Shown: positions 37,057 to 48,640, counted from the stretch's first letter. The stretch is 64,000 nt of DNA from Nostoc sp. (GCF_036919675.1 NZ_JBALCP010000054.1:9501-73500), one strand, 5' to 3'. A program made the numbers and translations. Notes: generated by a model from the letters alone, not told the origin.

Positions 37057-37350
37057 TGCTTCACCTTTTGAACTTTGTGCTGCTAGTACTTTTTATTTCT
37101 CCACACCCCGATAGGTGAATTTCGCTGAGAAACTGCTGGCAATTGCATCTTAACAAAACTTTAGCTCTTTCTGAACCAACTCAAACTTTTCTTTCTGAAG
37201 ATTCGATGAAGTTTACAAAAAAGGGCAGAGGGGCGAAGGGGCAGAGAAGAAAGACTTACTGCAATTTCCCTTCTGCTCCTTTGGTCAAGAAACCTTTGCG
37301 TAGATCATTTCTGTAAACTTTTGTCCGGCAATCAGGTAAACAAGGAAAGC

Positions 37351-38271
37351 TTAAAGTAAACAGCGTTCAATCGTCGCTACAACTGATTGAGAAAGAGTTT
37401 CAAAGTCGTAGCCACCTTCTAAGCCAAACAGAATTATACGAGTTAACCCTAGACAATAATCAGTAAATAAAGCGTAGTCTTCTGGCTGCAAATTGATACT
37501 TGCCAAAGGATCTGCGGCATTGCCATCGTAACCAGCACTTACAATCAGTAAATCCGCCTGAAAGTTAGCTAAAAACGGTACAACCTGTGTTTCAAATAGT
37601 GGCTGATATACTGCAATATCACTACCAGGGCGGACTGGTAAATTTAAGACATTATTATGAAAGCCGCGTTCTGTCGATCTTCCAGTACCGGGATAGCATG
37701 GGTACTGATGTAGGGAACAGTAGGCGATGCGTGCTTCAGTTTCGACGATCGCCTGAGTACCATTACCGTGATGCACATCCCAATCGAGGATGGCGACGCG
37801 GTTAATTCCAGGTTGTTCTAGGGCAAATAAAGCTGCGATCGCTGCATTAGAAAATAGGCAAAAGCCCATTCCTGCATCACTTTCTGCATGGTGTCCTGGG
37901 GGACGTGCTAGTACAAAAGCCGGATTAGCCGACTCTAACACCGCCTCAACTCCATCCAACCAGGCACTGACTGCCAACAATGCCACATCATAACTGCGAG
38001 GGGAAACTGGCGTATCTCCATCCAAAGGGCCGCCGCCACTAGAGGCGATTTGCCAAAGTTTTTTGATATAAGCTGGGCTATGAGCTTTAACCAACGAAGA
38101 CATCAGTGATGGCTGTTCTGATGCTGGTGTGGGCGATCGCCACATGATTTTATCTGCAAAGGTAGCTGCTTTTAGGGCAGTGGCGATCGCACTTAAACGT
38201 TCTGGCCTTTCGGGATGGTATTTTCCAGTCTTGTGATCTAAAAATTCGTCGGAATAGATGACTGGCAGCAT
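37351..38271 (-). CDS. histone-deacetylase-family (acetoin utilisation/acetylpolyamine amidohydrolase-like) protein
   Basis: RPPGHHAE, DWDVHHGNGTQ, SAGYD and EGGY are present. Confidence 0.88.
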   Translation of the reverse strand: MLPVIYSDEFLDHKTGKYHPERPERLSAIATALKAATFADKIMWRSPTPASEQPSLMSSLVKAHSPAYIKKLWQIASSGGGPLDGDTPVSPRSYDVALLAVSAWLDGVEAVLESANPAFVLARPPGHHAESDAGMGFCLFSNAAIAALFALEQPGINRVAILDWDVHHGNGTQAIVETEARIAYCSLHQYPCYPGTGRSTERGFHNNVLNLPVRPGSDIAVYQPLFETQVVPFLANFQADLLIVSAGYDGNAADPLASINLQPEDYALFTDYCLGLTRIILFGLEGGYDFETLSQSVVATIERCLL

Positions 38272-38406
38272 AAGACGAAAAAGGTTGGCAGCAGGGCAAT
38301 GAATGCTATTGTATCTTCACTGGTACAAACAGTTTTTCCTTGTACTAGTACAGCACGGCGTAAATAAGCAGACCATTGAAAAGCCCTAAAGAGCTTATTC
38401 CATAAT

Positions 38407-38475
38407 ACTTTTGACTTTTACTTCGGCTACGCTCAGTACAAGTGACTTTTGACTTTTGACTTCCGCCTTGCGGTA
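38407..38475. repeat. STRR heptamers (acttttg units)
   Basis: gtgacttttgacttttgacttccgccttgcggtac is an inverted relative of 27421-27457. Confidence 0.75.
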
Positions 38476-41112
38476 CTAGAGCATTGGTCGTTTACTTTCG
38501 AGGATTTCTGTTGCAATTTTTGCAGAAAGCGGCCGGTAGAGTAAAAAGCCCTGTACCTCTTCACAGTTGATAGATTTCAAGAACTCCAGTTCCTCTTCTT
38601 TTTCTACCCCTTCGGCTGTCAACTTCAATCCCAAGCTGTGTCCCAAGCTAACTATAGCCTTGATAATATGAGCTACTTTGACATCCTGTGTCAAATCTTG
38701 AATAAAAGATTTATCTATTTTCAGATTGTGGAGTGGCAAAAGCTGTAGGCGCGAGAGCGAGGAATGACCTGTACCAAAGTCATCTATAGAGATGTAAATA
38801 CCCATCTGCTGTAGATTTTGTAATACCTTTCTGGTAAAATTTAAATTTTCAATAGCTGTAGTTTCGGTAATTTCTAATTCTAAAAAGCGCGGCTCCAGCC
38901 CCGTTTGTTCTAAAACCTCGGCTATAATTTCCACCAATTTGGGTTGGTGGAACTGCTTAAGAGAAAGATTGACAGCGATCATGATGGGTGGTAATCCTGC
39001 ATCTTGCCAGGTTTTATTTTGGCTACAGGCTGTCCGCAGCACCCATTCACCAATGGGGACAATTAATCCACTTTCTTCGGCGAGGGGAATAAAGACACTG
39101 GGTGCAACCAAGCCCATCTCTGGGTGCTGCCAACGCAACAGAGCCTCCATACCAGTAATTTCTTCTGTGATAATGTTCACACGAGGCTGATAGTATACCG
39201 TAAATTCATTGCGTTCTAAGGCATAGCGCAAGCTCTTTTCTAAAGTCAGGAGTTCAGGATTTTTAGCGCTCAGGGAAACACTGTAAAATTGGTAGTTATT
39301 CCGCCCTTTGTCCTTGGCGTAGTATAAAGCGGCATCCGCGTGCTGGATTAGTGTTTCGGCGTCAGGACTGTTGTCATCAAGCAACGCAATACCGAGGCTA
39401 GCAGTCACGTAAAGTTCATGCCCTTGAAGATGGAAAGCATCCTCTAAGGCTTGTAAGATTCTCTGCGCCACCTGGTTTACCTCTTCAATATCATTGACTC
39501 GGGGGAGTAAGATAGTGAACTCATCACCTCCCCAACGGGCTATGGTGTCTCCGCCTCTGAGTAGGTCTTTTAATCTTTGAGTGACACTTTGTAACAATTG
39601 GTCTCCCAAAGTGTGCCCTAAAGTATCATTAATGACCTTGAAGCGATCCAGGTCGAGGAAGATCACAGCTAAACTTTCGCCATTCCGAGTGGCGTTTGGC
39701 AGAGTTTTACTGAGCAGCTCATTAAATAGTAGGCGATTAGGCAACCCTGTCAGCAGGTCATGAAGGGCTTGATAGCGAATCTTTTCTTCTACTTGCTGAC
39801 GCTGCTGCGTACTAATGATACTGGCGGCCATCGTCAAAAGGGTAGATTCTTCATGCCTTGACCAATGCCGCTCAAAGGTGCAGTCTGCCAAGCCAAGGTA
39901 ACCCCATAATTCGTTCTCCAACCGGAGAGGCACCAGGATAAGCGATTGAATGCCATCTCTAATCAGGAATTCTTGTTCGGCGACAGGAAATTTTTGGGTG
40001 AGTCCGCTAATTAACTCGCCGCGAGAGAGAACAGTATGCCAACGGGCTAATCCAGAAGCTTGATAAGGCTGATTCTGCCAATGGTGGTGGGTAGGTTCAA
40101 TAAAGGAGTGCGTCCATTCAAACCGTAGGCTGACTGCTATTTCCCCTGTAGCAGGATGGGGATGGTTCTGAAAGAGATAGGCACGATCTGCCTTGGCAGC
40201 TTCACCCAATACAGCTAGAGCTCGATCAATACCAGTTTCGGAATTCATTTCCCCTAGCAAATAATTAGCGGCTTCTGCGACTGCCTGTAGCAAGCGATCG
40301 CGCTGGCGCAGTTCGGCTGTGGCTTGCTTTTGCTCTGTAATATCCCTAACAATAAAAGTTCTAATTAAATCACTTTCAGGAAGGTAGAGAACGGATTGTT
40401 CAAAAACTTCTGCACCTACTTCCACCTCCCGCACAAAAGAATTTTTTTCTAGATTGTTAACTGCACCCAAGAGTCCTGTTAAAATAGGGTGTTGTGTCCC
40501 AACTTCTCTAAGTTTGGGAAACTTGAGAGCTGCGGCTGGATTGAGATAAGTCACTGTTCCCTCAAAATCCATCTCAATAATTGGATTGGGGATGAGTTCA
40601 GGGAAGGATGCTAGGCGAGCTAGGGCGGACTCACTAGCTGCTTCAAAGGTGGGATCGATAGCTAGGGTTTGAAAAGGATTGGCAGGACTGGCTTGCTGTG
40701 ATAGGAAACCAGATAAGTCTTCAACATCACAAGATTCAGAAAATGCTTGTTCTGAGAGGTTGGAAATAGCATAATATTTTGCTTGAGCTTGATTACCGCC
40801 AAAGGCAATGACATCTCCGCTTCTGAGATTATGAGAGAAGCATTTAGTGCCATTTACAAATAAGCCATTAGTACTTCCTTTCCCCTTGTAGTTGCCATCA
40901 ATAATCTGGAAGCCGTATTGGTCAGTCTGTGGAACAGTTACTCGCAATAAAATTGCATGTTGCATTGATACTGACCGGGAAGCCAAGACAATAGTGTTTG
41001 CGGGATGCCGCCCTAAAGAATAAGTAGTCTCTTGCAAAACGACAGTTCGCTGCCCTTGCAGGTCTTGGATGACCAACATATGGCGTATTTTTTCCCGCTC
41101 ATTTCCTAGCAT
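38476..41112 (-). CDS. FHA-PAS-GAF-GGDEF-EAL multidomain c-di-GMP signalling protein
   Basis: The FHA domain reads SLGRHPANTIVL...STNGLFVNG...LRSGDVIAFG. A PAS region and a GAF-like region follow. The GGDEF site RWGGDEFTILL and the EAL sites EALLRW and DDFGTG appear intact. Confidence 0.9.
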   Translation of the reverse strand: MLGNEREKIRHMLVIQDLQGQRTVVLQETTYSLGRHPANTIVLASRSVSMQHAILLRVTVPQTDQYGFQIIDGNYKGKGSTNGLFVNGTKCFSHNLRSGDVIAFGGNQAQAKYYAISNLSEQAFSESCDVEDLSGFLSQQASPANPFQTLAIDPTFEAASESALARLASFPELIPNPIIEMDFEGTVTYLNPAAALKFPKLREVGTQHPILTGLLGAVNNLEKNSFVREVEVGAEVFEQSVLYLPESDLIRTFIVRDITEQKQATAELRQRDRLLQAVAEAANYLLGEMNSETGIDRALAVLGEAAKADRAYLFQNHPHPATGEIAVSLRFEWTHSFIEPTHHHWQNQPYQASGLARWHTVLSRGELISGLTQKFPVAEQEFLIRDGIQSLILVPLRLENELWGYLGLADCTFERHWSRHEESTLLTMAASIISTQQRQQVEEKIRYQALHDLLTGLPNRLLFNELLSKTLPNATRNGESLAVIFLDLDRFKVINDTLGHTLGDQLLQSVTQRLKDLLRGGDTIARWGGDEFTILLPRVNDIEEVNQVAQRILQALEDAFHLQGHELYVTASLGIALLDDNSPDAETLIQHADAALYYAKDKGRNNYQFYSVSLSAKNPELLTLEKSLRYALERNEFTVYYQPRVNIITEEITGMEALLRWQHPEMGLVAPSVFIPLAEESGLIVPIGEWVLRTACSQNKTWQDAGLPPIMIAVNLSLKQFHQPKLVEIIAEVLEQTGLEPRFLELEITETTAIENLNFTRKVLQNLQQMGIYISIDDFGTGHSSLSRLQLLPLHNLKIDKSFIQDLTQDVKVAHIIKAIVSLGHSLGLKLTAEGVEKEEELEFLKSINCEEVQGFLLYRPLSAKIATEILESKRPML

Positions 41113-41719
41113 GGCTATTCCTCAAATTCTCATATCTTTATGTCTTAGTCTAAAAAATACTACTGCCAGAAGTTCCAATCCACTTAGGTTAAGGCTTGAT
41201 CTTCCCTAATCCTCCTTAAAAAGAAGGGAATTAAATCCCCCTTTTTAAGGGAAGCCACTTGCTCCACTTGGGGGGATCTTCCGGGGCAAAATATCACTAA
41301 CACCAAGCGTATTGCCATAGATTTAAGACTTTCAGGCTGAACTTATGGAAAATTCGCTCAATTAAAGTTGTCACTGTTTGTGATCCCAAAATTGGTATGA
41401 GGGTGCAAACCAGCCCTTCTCTTCATGATTGACCTTCTGGAATGAGATGGCTAATTGTTCAATCAGTTTTTGCAGTAGAAGTTCTAGCTGTTTTCTCCAT
41501 TCATACATAAGTTATAAACTTTGTCCCTTTGTCTATATCATCCAACCTTGTCTTCCTTAGGATACCCAGAATAAAATCAAATACTGAATAGAACACATGG
41601 TATATTTGCGGATTTTTATTCTGAGTAGTGGGGAAACTCCAAATTATATAAATAACTATCTGATTTTGATTTTTTAATCACTTAAATAAATAAGTAAGCA
41701 TAATTAAACATACAATAAA

Positions 41720-42215
41720 ATCCTAGTTCGTAGTGAGCAATTTCTCGCTCATAGCAACGTTTATCAGGACTAAAGTCCTTACCCAACGGGAAAGTTGTCG
41801 TTCATCAGGAAAACCCCTAGACGCTCTCTTAGAGACGCTACGCGAACGCAGACTCGCTCTAAGCGTTCGCGTAGCGTCTCTAAGAGTTGCCATACCGCAG
41901 GCTTTACGCTGCGCTATGCGCGGCATCGTCTCACGCCACTTGACTTTTGACTTTTGACTTTTGACTTTTGACTTCCCCGTTCGCGTAGCGTCTCGAAGAG
42001 AAGGGGCTGACGCCAGTCCGCTCAAGTCGCCAGACCCGCCCACACGGCTGGCTCCTCTACTTGGGAAAACTCCTCTCTCTGAGCGAGTGGCTCCCCTTCT
42101 CACATTGCCAGAGGCTAGCGCCTGCCGTAGGATGCCCGAACGCAAGAGCGTCTCCTGTCTTGACAAGGGCTGTAGGGAGAAGACCGCGCTAACTTACTAC
42201 AAACTTTAATTTATT
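41720..42215. repeat. block of GC-rich dispersed repeats plus STRR (ttgactt x5)
   Basis: gcgttcgcgtagcgtctc modules appear in both orientations, and gacttttgacttttgacttttgacttttgactt lies at 41941-41975. Overlapping ORFs on both strands are probably artefacts. Confidence 0.75.
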
Positions 42216-42413
42216 TAGGCCTAGCTATTTAGTACTGCTTCACAGAATTTTGTGAAATAGATAAGAGCAAGGCAGGAATTAAATTAATTGCACGCATCCC
42301 ACTTGGTAAAAAATATCTGACAATTAGAAATCGCACGCCAGTTGCTTCAATGGCGTCAACTCTTGTTGGCGCAGCCTATGGTAGCGAAAGGAAGGACAAT
42401 GAACCCCTAAATT

Positions 42414-44261
42414 TTAAAAAGGATTATAAAGTAAACTAAAATACAGACCGTTATCTTGTAATGTTCTCTCATTTGAGTCAACAGATACTAAAGGAATGCC
42501 CCAGTCAAGACGAACGGTGAAGCGATCGCCCTGTGACCAACGCAACCCCAGACCAACAGCAGCTAAAGTATTATGGTCGGGATTTTCTCTACCAGAACTA
42601 TTCCAGCCAATACCAAAATCTATAAACGGGACAACCTGTAACGTGCTATCTATCTGGCGTAAGCGCAGAATCGGTACTTGAACTTCAGCAGAAACAAAAG
42701 TGCCATTATCTGTCAGCAGGTAATCTTGACGGTAGCCTCGAATACTATCTTGCCCACCTAAGCCAAATTGCTCTAAAGGCAAAAGTGTTCTGGATGCGAG
42801 TTGCGTATTTAAACGAAGTAACAGTAAGGTTTCAGGAGCTAAAAGGCGTACCCACTGCGCTTGCCCTTGCCAAGCAAAAAAACGGCTATCGGGAGCATCT
42901 TGGTTAATTGTGGCATTCAACACATTTATACCCAAGCTAAATTGAGAGCGGAGGGCGATGACTTCACGGCTATTACGACTCGTCCATTCTTGAAAAAATC
43001 GCAACGCAGATACCTTGGTGCGTCCCTGTTCATCCGCTCCAGGCGAAAGTACAGAACCGGGAAACCCATTTCTCTGTAGCAAGGACGAAATATCACTTTC
43101 CCGTCGAGACGCCGTTAATCCAAGGACGAATTCTTGTGTGGGAGTTTGAACTATTGGCTGGCGGAATGTCAGTTCGTAATAGGGAGAAGTTGATTCGATA
43201 TCTAAAAAGTCGAAAGGAGGTTCAATGACATGACTCGATGTAGTGCCATAGTTGAAAGTGAGGGTTCCGTTCTTGGGATTGAGTGGTAATGTATAGTTGG
43301 CGTCAAAGGAGTTGCTACCATCGGTATTAGTGTAAGCTATACCCAGAGAATCTCCAAGTCCCAATAAGTTGGCTTCGTTCAATTGTAATCGGCGGCGGAA
43401 ACTACCAACGCTAGGCGATCGCCCATTATCAAGAACTATTTGGCTACTAAGGGTTTTTGCCTCGCTGATCTTGACTTCTAAGAGACTCGTACCAGCCCGC
43501 GATCCTGTTGAGAGTTCAGCAGACACCTTTTGAATCAAAGGATTAAGTTGCAAAAGTTGTAGCGCCTCTAGTAGACGCTGGCGATTAAGAGGTGGTGATG
43601 TCGCTATTGCTAGTCGGCTGCGGACATAATTCGGATTCAACCGCCGAGTCCCAGTTACCTGGATATCTTCTAATTTACCTTCGACCACCTGAATTTTGAC
43701 AATATGGGATTTGAGTACTTCTAATTTACCTCCAACCACCTGAATTTTTACAACACGGGATTGGAGTGTTTGGGGTGGAATATACGCACCAGAAGTAATG
43801 TAACCATTGTTGACGTATAGATCATTGATTTTAGAACTGGCTTGAAACAGTTGAACCAGTGAGATCGGTCGTTTGGTAAATTCAGCAGTGGCGAGGGCTA
43901 ACTCTTCAGGACTGAAGACTGTACTACCAACAACTTCAAACCGTTCAACAACAATAGTTTGAGGAAAGTTGCCAGGGAGTGGTTCCTCAGGTGTGGGAGT
44001 TGGGGCAGAGGGGGGAAATAGTTCTGCTGGTGGGGGGAGTGGCTGTGGCAGTTCGGGTGAGGGAAGTGGCGAAGGTGCGGGTGGTTGGACATCCTGTGGT
44101 GGTGGAATTCTTTGTGAAAGGATGAAATTACTAGTTGGTAATTGTGTAGTATCAACAGCGTGGGCTTTTAGTGGACTAGAAAATATGCTGCTGAGTAATA
44201 CAAGCATACTCAGCGGTAAGCAGGACACTATAAGATTCTGAGGATATTTATCAATCATCAC
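42414..44261 (-). CDS. ShlB/FhaC/HecB-type outer-membrane two-partner-secretion transporter (TpsB)
   Basis: A signal peptide and a proline-rich linker are followed by a POTRA segment (IVVERFEVVGSTVFSPEEL) and a C-terminal beta-barrel ending in YFSLLYNPF. Confidence 0.85.
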   Translation of the reverse strand: MMIDKYPQNLIVSCLPLSMLVLLSSIFSSPLKAHAVDTTQLPTSNFILSQRIPPPQDVQPPAPSPLPSPELPQPLPPPAELFPPSAPTPTPEEPLPGNFPQTIVVERFEVVGSTVFSPEELALATAEFTKRPISLVQLFQASSKINDLYVNNGYITSGAYIPPQTLQSRVVKIQVVGGKLEVLKSHIVKIQVVEGKLEDIQVTGTRRLNPNYVRSRLAIATSPPLNRQRLLEALQLLQLNPLIQKVSAELSTGSRAGTSLLEVKISEAKTLSSQIVLDNGRSPSVGSFRRRLQLNEANLLGLGDSLGIAYTNTDGSNSFDANYTLPLNPKNGTLTFNYGTTSSHVIEPPFDFLDIESTSPYYELTFRQPIVQTPTQEFVLGLTASRRESDISSLLQRNGFPGSVLSPGADEQGRTKVSALRFFQEWTSRNSREVIALRSQFSLGINVLNATINQDAPDSRFFAWQGQAQWVRLLAPETLLLLRLNTQLASRTLLPLEQFGLGGQDSIRGYRQDYLLTDNGTFVSAEVQVPILRLRQIDSTLQVVPFIDFGIGWNSSGRENPDHNTLAAVGLGLRWSQGDRFTVRLDWGIPLVSVDSNERTLQDNGLYFSLLYNPF

Positions 44262-44748
44262 ACTGGACTATTTTTTGTTAGGAATTATGGGATTATACGG
44301 GGAGTGCTTCAGATGTGAATTTTACTTCATGTTTTGCCGCTAAAGTTGATATCTTGGGCAAATCTCAATTTAAAAGCTAAATCATCTGGTTATTGCAGAC
44401 TTAAAAACATTGATGGTGTTCAAACTGCATAAGCAAGCAGATATGTTGGAATTATCTGTTGCTGCAAGAGAAATAGACCTAGTACAGCACGGCGTGTAAA
44501 TCCACCTACTATAAGCAGTCCTAAATCATTTGTAAAAAGAAATTAACCGCAGAGGCTAAAGAGACGCAGAGAGAGGAATCGGAGATTTTCACGACTCATT
44601 TAGGATTGCTATATCTCAATAGACCTCTTGCAAAAGTCAAAAAATCAGGAATGTCATTCTGAGCAAAACGCAGTGGAGAGAAGAATCTCACTACTCTGTT
44701 TCGCTCCGCTCCGCTCAACATGACAATTTAAATTTATGTAAGAGGTAT

Positions 44749-44789
44749 AATTAACAAGACTTGGGGCAAAATCCCTTTGTTAAAGGTAG
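44749..44789. repeat. 40-nt dispersed repeat, copy 2
   Basis: See 13542-13581. Confidence 0.8.
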
Positions 44790-45284
44790 ATAAACCGATC
44801 CAGGTTACACTTATTACTTCAGAAAATAAGCAAAAAGATTTAGAGCAAAGAAAGTGGTATAATGACATATTAAGCATTATCGAATTTATTCATCCTCTAA
44901 TCCATTTTGAATATGGTTTGAAGATAAAGCTACATGTCACCTTAACAGGGCTACTCCTTACTCCCGACTCCTTAATCCCCACTTTCTTTGCAGTATAAAA
45001 AAAATAAGTATCTAGATTTGACTATAATTACTGAAAACATCCATCTTTTTGCCAGAAGTGAGTGAATCATAATTTAAGTTAGCAACACCCGAACGTTAAA
45101 TCAGTAAAAAGTTATCAGGCGGATGGTAGGGGATTTAAATCAGTTACCAATTCCCAATGTTCACTGATAACTGTGTGCTGGGGGCTTAAACCCAGCAACA
45201 AAACTGATAACTAACTGTTAAAGGGGTTGCGCTGATTGTCGGTCAAGTTGAGAATAAATAGGCGAAGCACACAGGGAAACTAAC

Positions 45285-46715
45285 GTGAGTCAAGAATTTG
45301 ATTACGATTTAGTAATTATAGGCGCTGGTGTAGGCGGACATGGCGCAGCCTTACACGCCGTAAGTTGTGGTCTGAAAACAGCGATTATTGAAGCTGCTGA
45401 TATGGGAGGAACCTGTGTTAATCGGGGCTGTATCCCTTCTAAAGCGCTGCTGGCTGCATCTGGACGTGTGCGGGAGTTACGCAATGCCCACCACCTCAAG
45501 TCGCTGGGAATTCAAATTGGTAGCGTGGAATTTGATCGCCAAGCGATCGCTAATCATGCTAATAATCTGGTATCAAAAATTCAAGGCGACTTAACCAACA
45601 GTCTCAAACGTCTAAAAGTCGATATTATCAGGGGTTGGGGAAAAATCGCTGGGGCGCAAAAAGTCTCTGTTACTGGAGACGGTGGCGAAAAAACGATCAC
45701 AGCCAAAGACATCATCCTTTCGCCTGGTTCAATTCCTTTTGTGCCTCCAGGGATTGAAGTAGACGGCAAAACTGTCTTTACCAGCGACCAAGGCGTTAAG
45801 TTGGAGTCGCTACCAGACTGGGTGGCGATTATTGGTAGTGGTTACATCGGCTTGGAATTTTCTGACATTTACTCAGCTTTGGGTTGTGAAATCACCTTGA
45901 TTGAAGCCCTAGATCAGCTAATGCCAGGATTTGACCGCGACATTGCCAAACTTGCTGAACGGGTGCTGATTACTCCCCGCGATATTGAAACCAAAGTAGG
46001 GATATATGCCAAAAAAATCATCCCAGGTTCACCTGTGGTGATTGAGTTAGCAGATTTCAAAACCAAAGAAGATGTAGATGTCATCGAAGTAGATGCTTGC
46101 TTAGTGGCTACAGGACGCATCCCGGCGACACAAAATCTTGGTTTAGAGTCTGTGGGTGTGGAACTTGATCGGCGGAATTTTATCCCAGTTGACGATCGCA
46201 TGGCAGTGCTATCATCTGGTGAAGTAGTGCCGCATTTGTGGTCAATTGGCGACGCTAACGGGAAGATTATGTTGGCACATGCAGCTTCTGCTCAAGGCAT
46301 CATCGCGGTGGAAAATATAGTTGGTAGGGAAAGAATAGTAGACTATCGCAGCATCCCCGCAGCGGCGTTTACCCACCCAGAAATCAGCTATGTGGGCTTA
46401 ACGGAAACCGCAGCTAAGGAGTTGGGACAAACCGAAGGGTTTGAAATCGCCACAAGTAAAAGTTACTTCAAAGGAAATTCCAAAGCGTTGGCTGAAAATG
46501 AAGCCGATGGTGTTGCCAAGGTGATATATCGCAAAGACACAGGAGAAGTCTTGGGCGTCCACATTTTCGGACTGCACGCCTCAGACATAATTCACGAAGC
46601 GTCAGCCGCGATCGCTAACCGTCAATCTGTCCAAAGTCTCGCACATCTAGTTCACGCTCACCCGTCACTTTCGGAAGTGCTGGACGAAGCTTATAAACGA
46701 GCGATCGCTATCTAA
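45285..46715 (+). CDS. lpdA: dihydrolipoyl dehydrogenase
   Basis: The gene has a GTG start. [10 protein letters not shown], the redox-active [13 protein letters not shown] and the C-terminal HAHPSLSE are present. Confidence 0.93.
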   Translation: MSQEFDYDLVIIGAGVGGHGAALHAVSCGLKTAIIEAADMGGTCVNRGCIPSKALLAASGRVRELRNAHHLKSLGIQIGSVEFDRQAIANHANNLVSKIQGDLTNSLKRLKVDIIRGWGKIAGAQKVSVTGDGGEKTITAKDIILSPGSIPFVPPGIEVDGKTVFTSDQGVKLESLPDWVAIIGSGYIGLEFSDIYSALGCEITLIEALDQLMPGFDRDIAKLAERVLITPRDIETKVGIYAKKIIPGSPVVIELADFKTKEDVDVIEVDACLVATGRIPATQNLGLESVGVELDRRNFIPVDDRMAVLSSGEVVPHLWSIGDANGKIMLAHAASAQGIIAVENIVGRERIVDYRSIPAAAFTHPEISYVGLTETAAKELGQTEGFEIATSKSYFKGNSKALAENEADGVAKVIYRKDTGEVLGVHIFGLHASDIIHEASAAIANRQSVQSLAHLVHAHPSLSEVLDEAYKRAIAI

Positions 46716-46716
46716 T

Positions 46717-46965
46717 AAGTTAGGAGTGAGGAGTTAGGAGTGAGGAGTTAATAACTCATAACTCTGTCAATTTTAGATTTTGCGTCGCACCTTTGGTGCG
46801 CTTCCAGCGCAACTTGGATTTTGGTGAAGCAGCGCGTTCTTGGGGGTCTCCCCCATGAGCGACTGCTGAACCCGAAGGGATTTAAGAAAAAATCTAAAAT
46901 CTAAAATCTAAAATCCAAAATTGAATAACTCATAACTCCTAACTCATAACTCCTAACTCAACACT
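46717..46965. repeat. STRR arrays flanking a GC-rich dispersed repeat
   Basis: gttaggagtgaggagttaggagtgaggag, aaaatct x3 and ataactc/ctaactc arrays are present. The central gggggtctcccccatgagcgactgctgaaccc is related to 23.1 and 8.3 kb. Confidence 0.85.
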
Positions 46966-46969
46966 AATT

Positions 46970-47860
46970 ATGCAAATTCGTCGCCGTTCCCCTAACCCAG
47001 CTATTAATGTATCCATATTACGTTATCAGGCTGTCGTGCCTGATGCAGCGCCAAACAACATCTTGGAGGAAATTGTCTGGCAGAAAGAAGTAGAATATGA
47101 CCAAATGCGGGAAAAGGTTCCTTTGCAGGAATTGCAGAAGCAGGTACTTAGTGCGCCGCCAACCCGTGATTTTGTTGCCGCCTTGCGCCAAGGTAAGACT
47201 AAGCCAGCATTGATTGCAGAAGTTAAAAAAGCTTCACCGAGCAAAGGCGTTTTCCGTGAAGATTTTGACCCAGTAGCGATCGCCCTTTCTTATCAGCAAG
47301 CCAAAGCAAGTTGTCTTTCTGTGCTAACAGATGTCAAGTTCTTTCAAGGTAGTTTTGAGAACTTAGCCAAGATTCGGGCTGCGGTAGATTTGCCCCTACT
47401 GTGCAAAGAGTTTGTCATTTATGCTTACCAAATATACTTAGCGCGGGTTCATGGTGCAGATGCTATTTTGTTGATTGCAGCTATCCTGAGCGATCAAGAT
47501 TTGAAATACTTTCTCAAAATTGCTAATAACCTGAAAATGGCAGCCTTAATTGAAGTCCATAGTTTGGCAGAACTTGACCGTGTGTTAGCCTTAGATGGGG
47601 TATCCTTAGTAGGAATAAATAATCGCAATTTGGAAGATTTCTCTGTTGACCTGCAAACTACTTGCCAAGTTTTAGCTGCAAGGAGTAGCCAATTGCAGGA
47701 GAAAAACATCCTTGTTGTCAGCGAATCAGGACTACACAACCCAGATGATTTGAGTTTGGTGCTTACAGCAGGTGCATCAGCTGTACTCATTGGAGAATCA
47801 TTGGTAAAACAACCAGATCCCGGCGCTGCGATCGCCCATATATTGCCGAAGAATTTCTGA
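46970..47860 (+). CDS. trpC: indole-3-glycerol phosphate synthase
   Basis: [25 protein letters not shown] and ESG are present. Confidence 0.93.
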   Translation: MQIRRRSPNPAINVSILRYQAVVPDAAPNNILEEIVWQKEVEYDQMREKVPLQELQKQVLSAPPTRDFVAALRQGKTKPALIAEVKKASPSKGVFREDFDPVAIALSYQQAKASCLSVLTDVKFFQGSFENLAKIRAAVDLPLLCKEFVIYAYQIYLARVHGADAILLIAAILSDQDLKYFLKIANNLKMAALIEVHSLAELDRVLALDGVSLVGINNRNLEDFSVDLQTTCQVLAARSSQLQEKNILVVSESGLHNPDDLSLVLTAGASAVLIGESLVKQPDPGAAIAHILPKNF

Positions 47861-48085
47861 AAAAAACACCTCCCCTGCCCCCTTAGTGCAGGGCAACTAA
47901 CCACACTGAATTGTTGGGCAATCGGGCACACTATGCGTAGATACGCAGCACTTTGCCATCAAATATCATCAATATCTTTACCAAATCTTCATTGCTAATC
48001 AAATTAAAACCATAAGCAAGTAGTTATTTATTATGTAACAATCCATTTACAAGAGATAAATTTTTACTAATACAAAATTCCAAAT

Positions 48086-48358
48086 ATGAAATCAAAATTT
48101 AACTTCATGGAGCAAATTCCTCTACCTTCACCTATTCACTACGAACTTATACTTCAACTTTTAGAAAGACAAACCATGTTAGCGGTAAATGATAATCCAG
48201 ATTTACGGCATCAGGTGAATCAGCTAATTATTACTCTCCGCAAAGCTGCCGTCCAACAAAAACGACTAGAAGAAATTTGCGAATTTTCCTCTGTTACTGT
48301 TGATCACCGTTGGTCGATCAACCATCATAACGGTAGCAAAGTTGTTGTCCCCGATTGA
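48086..48358 (+). CDS. hypothetical protein
   Basis: This is a 90-aa ORF with no recognisable family. Confidence 0.35.
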   Translation: MKSKFNFMEQIPLPSPIHYELILQLLERQTMLAVNDNPDLRHQVNQLIITLRKAAVQQKRLEEICEFSSVTVDHRWSINHHNGSKVVVPD

Positions 48359-48640
48359 AGCTGATAACTTAATATTTCAACCTCAAATTTGGTATCTTTG
48401 TTAAGTTAGCTTATCACCATCAGAAAGTGTAATACAAATGTGTGCTTCCTTATCTTAGATTTTAATTCCGGATGAGGGAGCATCTATAAACGTCTATAAA
48501 CAGCTGCAAAGATATTCTTGGTAGGGTGTGCCGCGATGCGTTCAAAATCAGAGCGTCCTTGGCTGAGATAACCGGATTGCGATCGCCAGTTGACTGTTGA
48601 ACTTCTTAAACTCGCTGATTTAATAACTTTTACTATTTTG

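Noticed and set aside
41371-41508. A 45-aa minus-strand ORF (MYEWRKQLELLLQKLIEQLAISFQKVNHEEKGWFAPSYQFWDHKQ) upstream of the FHA-GGDEF-EAL gene.
   Set aside because: There is no Shine-Dalgarno sequence, no recognisable family, and no way to test conservation here.
41723-42209. Three ORFs (147, 74 and 82 aa) on both strands.
   Set aside because: They lie within GC-rich repeat modules and a ttgactt STRR array, with Arg/Ser/Ala-rich repeat translation.
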